DNA of 64,000 nucleotides from Verrucomicrobiia bacterium (GTDB lineage Bacteria; Verrucomicrobiota; Verrucomicrobiia; Verrucomicrobiales; Akkermansiaceae): NCBI GenBank assembly GCA_030430455.1, contig JAUIJB010000001.1, positions 35,219 to 99,218 of the forward strand, read 5' to 3'. Shown piece by piece: positions 60,987 to 64,000 of this stretch (position 1 is its first letter; each line of letters starts with the position of its first letter). The notes under the pieces were generated by a model. It saw only the letters and a program-made list of their open reading frames with translations, ran no database searches and was not told where the DNA came from. The position numbers and the translations under genes were made by a program.

Positions 60987-61090
60987 GTGAACCAGTGAAC
61001 CAGTGAACCAGTGAGCCAGTGAGCCAGTGAGCTAGTGAGCTAGTGAGCTAGTGAGCTAGTGAGCCAGTGAGCTAGTGAGCTAGTGAACTG
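60987..61090. repeat. tandem octamer repeat, 13 units of GTGA[A/G]C[C/T]A
   Basis: 3x GTGAACCA, 2x GTGAGCCA, 4x GTGAGCTA, GTGAGCCA, 2x GTGAGCTA, GTGAACTG. Lies between the stop of the long HupE gene (61111) and the hupE start (60964). Confidence 0.92.
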
Positions 61091-61110
61091 GTGGGTTGCT
61101 GATGTGAAGG

Positions 61111-62103
61111 TCAAACGGCGGTGAGCATGGCATGGAAGCGGTCGAAGGTCCAGTAGGCACCGAGGATGCCGATGGCCAGGCCCGGCGCCCGCCGCAGGGC
61201 GAGCGGCCAGCGCAGCTCGATGACCTTCCACGCCCGCATGAGCGCCAGCGAGACCAGCACGAAGGCGAGTTGGCCGAGCTCGACGCCGATGTTGAACCAC
61301 AGCAGCGCCAGCGGGATCTCCCCGCGCGGCAGGCCGGTGACCGACAGGCCGCTGGCGAAGCCGATGCCGTGGAGCAGCCCGAAGGCGAAGGCGACGACCC
61401 AGGGGTGCTCGATGGTGAAGCTGGTCCCGCCGCGCCACTTGCGCACCACCTCGGGGCCGAGGAACAGGATGCTCAGCGCGATGCACAGGTTCAGCGGCGC
61501 CTCGGGAACCTCGACGATGCGGAAGGTGGCGATGGCCAGGCTGATGCTGTGCGCCACGGTGAACATCGTGATGGTCTTCACCAGCATGCGGGTGCCATCG
61601 ACGATCAACAGCAGTCCAAGCACGAAGAGCAGGTGGTCGACCCCGAGGAGGATGTGCTGGATGCCGATGAAGAGGTATCCGAGCATGAAGGGCACGCCGC
61701 CGTTGGCGAAGGAGATCTCGGTGCCCGGGCTCTCCGGGCGCAGCACCCGGGTGGTGGCCTCGCCGTTGGCCAGGGTGGCGCGCACCAGCACGTCGGTCAG
61801 CCCGGTGCGGGGTCCCTCGATGCGGATCATGGCGCCATCGAGTCCGGATTCCCCCGGCTTCATCTTCCAGCGGAACAACAGGCCGTTGCCGAGCGGGGTG
61901 AGGTGGGGTTCGCTGATTTCCTGCCAGTCATCCGGGAAGCCCGGCTCGATCGGCAGCGGCCTGCCCTTGAAATACGGGATCTTCCAGGTCACCGCGATGC
62001 TGCGGTCGGCGCCCTCGCGCAACTCGAGGTAGGCCGGCTGCAGCTCGTGCGCGCCGGCGAGGGCCACGAGTGCCAGCAGGCATGCGAGGACGAGGCGCTT
62101 CAT
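61111..62103 (-). CDS. HupE/UreJ family protein, long form with N-terminal periplasmic domain
   Basis: Start MKRLVLACLLALVALAGA. GIQHILLGVDHLLFVLGL and FAFGLLHGIGFA motifs. ATGA overlap with the upstream PPIase gene. Confidence 0.75.
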   Translation of the reverse strand: MKRLVLACLLALVALAGAHELQPAYLELREGADRSIAVTWKIPYFKGRPLPIEPGFPDDWQEISEPHLTPLGNGLLFRWKMKPGESGLDGAMIRIEGPRTGLTDVLVRATLANGEATTRVLRPESPGTEISFANGGVPFMLGYLFIGIQHILLGVDHLLFVLGLLLIVDGTRMLVKTITMFTVAHSISLAIATFRIVEVPEAPLNLCIALSILFLGPEVVRKWRGGTSFTIEHPWVVAFAFGLLHGIGFASGLSVTGLPRGEIPLALLWFNIGVELGQLAFVLVSLALMRAWKVIELRWPLALRRAPGLAIGILGAYWTFDRFHAMLTAV

Positions 62104-62990
62104 GATTCGCTGCCCTCGCTTCCATCCTCGCTGCCCTCGCCGCCCGGTTCGCCATCGAAGACGACCTCGTACTGCTCGAGAAACTCGTCGAGCACGGCCT
62201 GGTTGAGCTTCTCCCGCTGGTCGTAGCGGTAGTCGTTGAGGACCTTGTCGCGGATCTCGTCCAGGGGCGGCAGCCCACCCTCGATCCGTTCGTCGATCCA
62301 CACGATGTGGAAGCCGTAGCCCGAGGGAACGGGCCCGAACCACTCACCGGCCGGGTGCTTCCCGAGGCCCTCGGCGAAGGCCTGGCCGAACTGGCGCCCG
62401 ATGATCGGCAGCTCGGTGGTGGCGAACTCGGCGGCGAGCATCGTCCGGTCGGTGAGCTCGGTCGCCTGCTCGAAGGTGAGCGAACCCGCCTGCAGTTTCC
62501 CCAGCAACTCGCGGGCGTCCGCCTCGGCCGACTCGCCGCGCTGGTCGGTGGAGAAGAACAGGTGGCGGAAGCCGACCTCGGGCGGCTTGAGGTAGCGGTC
62601 GGCATGCTCCTCGTAGTAGGCGGCGAGCGACTCATCACCGACCTCGGCAAGGTCGGCCATGTCGGCGGTGAGAAACTCCATCTTTTGCGCCAGCCGGCGG
62701 CGGATGATCGTGTCGCTCTGGTCGAGGCCGAGTTTCTTGGCCTCGCGGTAGTAGATCTCCTCCTCGATGTAGGAATCGAGGAGTCCCTTCAACTCGGCAT
62801 CCGTCGGCGGCCGTTGCCAGCGTGCCGACCACTCGGCCGTCAGCTGTTCGATCAGGTCGTCGGTGATCTCGATGCGGTAGGGGGCGGCCTCCGCCCCGGG
62901 GGTTTCCGGGCGCAGCGCGGCATGAAGCAGGAAGATGCCTCCGCCGATCAGCAGGAACCAGGCAAGGGGTTCGCGAAGGAGCCGCTTCAT
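62100..62990 (-). CDS. membrane-anchored parvulin-type peptidyl-prolyl isomerase (SurA/PpiD-like)
   Basis: N-terminal TM (LAWFLLIGGGIFLL). SurA-N-like helical region. PpiC-like segment ...EWFGPVPSGYGFHIVWIDER. Confidence 0.7.
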   Translation of the reverse strand: MKRLLREPLAWFLLIGGGIFLLHAALRPETPGAEAAPYRIEITDDLIEQLTAEWSARWQRPPTDAELKGLLDSYIEEEIYYREAKKLGLDQSDTIIRRRLAQKMEFLTADMADLAEVGDESLAAYYEEHADRYLKPPEVGFRHLFFSTDQRGESAEADARELLGKLQAGSLTFEQATELTDRTMLAAEFATTELPIIGRQFGQAFAEGLGKHPAGEWFGPVPSGYGFHIVWIDERIEGGLPPLDEIRDKVLNDYRYDQREKLNQAVLDEFLEQYEVVFDGEPGGEGSEDGSEGSES

Positions 62991-63023
62991 CAGGCGACCA
63001 GCATGGAGGGCTGGCCCGGGTCG

Positions 63024-64000
63024 TCAACTGGCTTCACCGGGGATGAAGCCGGAGATCATCCGGCGGACGAGGAGCAGGCCGCCGAGGCCGAGGACCGCGA
63101 GGACGACCACCAGCGCGGCGACCAGTTGGACGACGCGCTTGAAGGTGTGGTCGATGGTGCGGGTGGCGACGGCCTCGAGCTCCCGGGTCAGGGCCTCGCG
63201 CTCGGCGGAAATGGTCTTCTCGAGTTGCGTCAGGGCGGTTTCCCTTTCGGCCGAGATGTGCCGCAGGGCGATCTCGCGCTCCTTCTGGACGAACTCGATC
63301 GTCCGGCTGATCTCGTCCTGGGCCGCCTGGATGGCGGCGGCCCGTTCGGTGGCGACCAGCTCCGGGCTCGTTTCGACCGTGATGGCGAGGCGGTTGACGA
63401 TCGGCACGAGGGCCTCGACCTGGGCCGCGACCCGCTCGATCGAGTCCGCCACCTCCTCCACCGAGGCGCCGAGTTGTCCGACCTTGGCGACGCCCTCCCG
63501 GGCCAGCGGCATGGCCTGATCGGCGCCGAGTTGTTCGCTGAGGTCCATGGTCAGCAGCTGCGCCTCCCAGCGCGCCTGGCGCACGGCCTGGTCGGAGTAG
63601 ATCTCGAGCCGGCGGTTGAGGTCGTCGACCGTCAGGGTAATGTCGGCGATGGCGTCGCCGGCCGAGAGGTTGTCGCCGAGGTCGGCCTCGAGCGCCCGGG
63701 TGAGGGTGGACTCGCGGTAGGAGATCGAGCCCTCGATCGGGTGCCCCCGCGCCCACTCGACGACCTGGCGGCGCGCCTTCGAGATGTCGCCGGTCTGCGA
63801 CATGCCGGCGACCACCTGGTGGTACTTGGTTTCCATGTCGCGGCAGGTTTCGACCGCGATCGGGCTGGCCGGGCCCATCCACCTCGCCCCGTCACCAGAC
63901 TCGTAGTAGTCGCCCATCTGGTAGAGCAGCACCCAGGTGTCGAACACCGCGGTGAGGGCGTTCGGTTGGTCGAGCGCCTCGCGCAGGGCGGGTGCCGCCT
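63024..64000 (-). CDS. C-terminally membrane-anchored coiled-coil protein, 5' end probably outside window
   Basis: The frame stays open upstream of the annotated GTG (63947) to the window edge. Long heptad-like region. C-terminal TM VVQLVAALVVVLAVLGLGGLLLV. Confidence 0.55.
   Translation of the reverse strand, partial: AAPALREALDQPNALTAVFDTWVLLYQMGDYYESGDGARWMGPASPIAVETCRDMETKYHQVVAGMSQTGDISKARRQVVEWARGHPIEGSISYRESTLTRALEADLGDNLSAGDAIADITLTVDDLNRRLEIYSDQAVRQARWEAQLLTMDLSEQLGADQAMPLAREGVAKVGQLGASVEEVADSIERVAAQVEALVPIVNRLAITVETSPELVATERAAAIQAAQDEISRTIEFVQKEREIALRHISAERETALTQLEKTISAEREALTRELEAVATRTIDHTFKRVVQLVAALVVVLAVLGLGGLLLVRRMISGFIPGEAS

Noticed and set aside
60987-61090. Tandem repeat considered as a possible CRISPR array
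   Set aside because: The units are only 8 nt and directly abutting, with no spacers. No cas genes are in the window.

Overview
GC-rich bacterial chromosomal segment (roughly two-thirds G+C by eye). It most likely comes from a Verrucomicrobiota-type genome. This lineage call is inference, based on a PEP-CTERM sorting signal, SHD1/PQQ-propeller and giant beta-helix/LamG secreted proteins, many glycan-active enzymes, and hairpin-module intergenic repeats.

Layout, left to right:
- 1-9.2 kb: two giant secreted proteins. The second has a C-terminal half laid out like a Tc-toxin A-subunit pore module.
- 9.3-18.3 kb: housekeeping and miscellaneous genes (FAD enzyme, murI, a flavin-halogenase-like gene, a DUF456-like membrane protein, RNase P RNA, GDPD, a Tat-exported Gfo/Idh/MocA oxidoreductase).
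- 18.3-22.4 kb: a contiguous dnaK-groES-groEL block.
- 22.7-32.4 kb: an accessory island starting at tRNA-Ser(GGA). It holds an att-like repeat of the tRNA 3' end, an IS3-type transposase fragment, a MerC-like gene, a tightly coupled pair of SF1 helicases (Upf1/DNA2-like plus NERD-like/UvrD-like), vapBC, a CE15-like esterase, a decayed IS200/RAYT-like transposase and a relic of a second helicase copy.
- 32.5-36.5 kb: a GH30-like gene, a PQQ-propeller gene and a secreted protein of unknown function.
- 36.8-39.9 kb: a cobalamin riboswitch driving a PEP-CTERM protein plus a TonB-dependent receptor.
- 40-56 kb: a DUF5060 glycosidase-like gene, two MscS-type channels, a disulfide reductase, an RND tripartite efflux operon and a Kef-type antiporter.
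- 56.3-63 kb: a Ni/Co-type metal cluster. It contains a TonB receptor, a CnrY/CnrX/CnrH-like sensor module, three HupE/UreJ paralogs separated by a 13-unit octamer tandem repeat, and a parvulin-type PPIase.

Best candidates for something undescribed: the two-helicase island module, the mini TcA-like secreted protein, the B12-riboswitch-controlled PEP-CTERM protein, and the CnrYXH-like module wired to uptake genes.

Coordinates of starts were chosen from the ORF track plus signal-peptide or homology logic. Coordinates of small RNA and repeat features may be off by 1-2 nt. The many long Arg/Ala/Gly/Pro-rich ORFs antisense to these genes are treated as GC artefacts.
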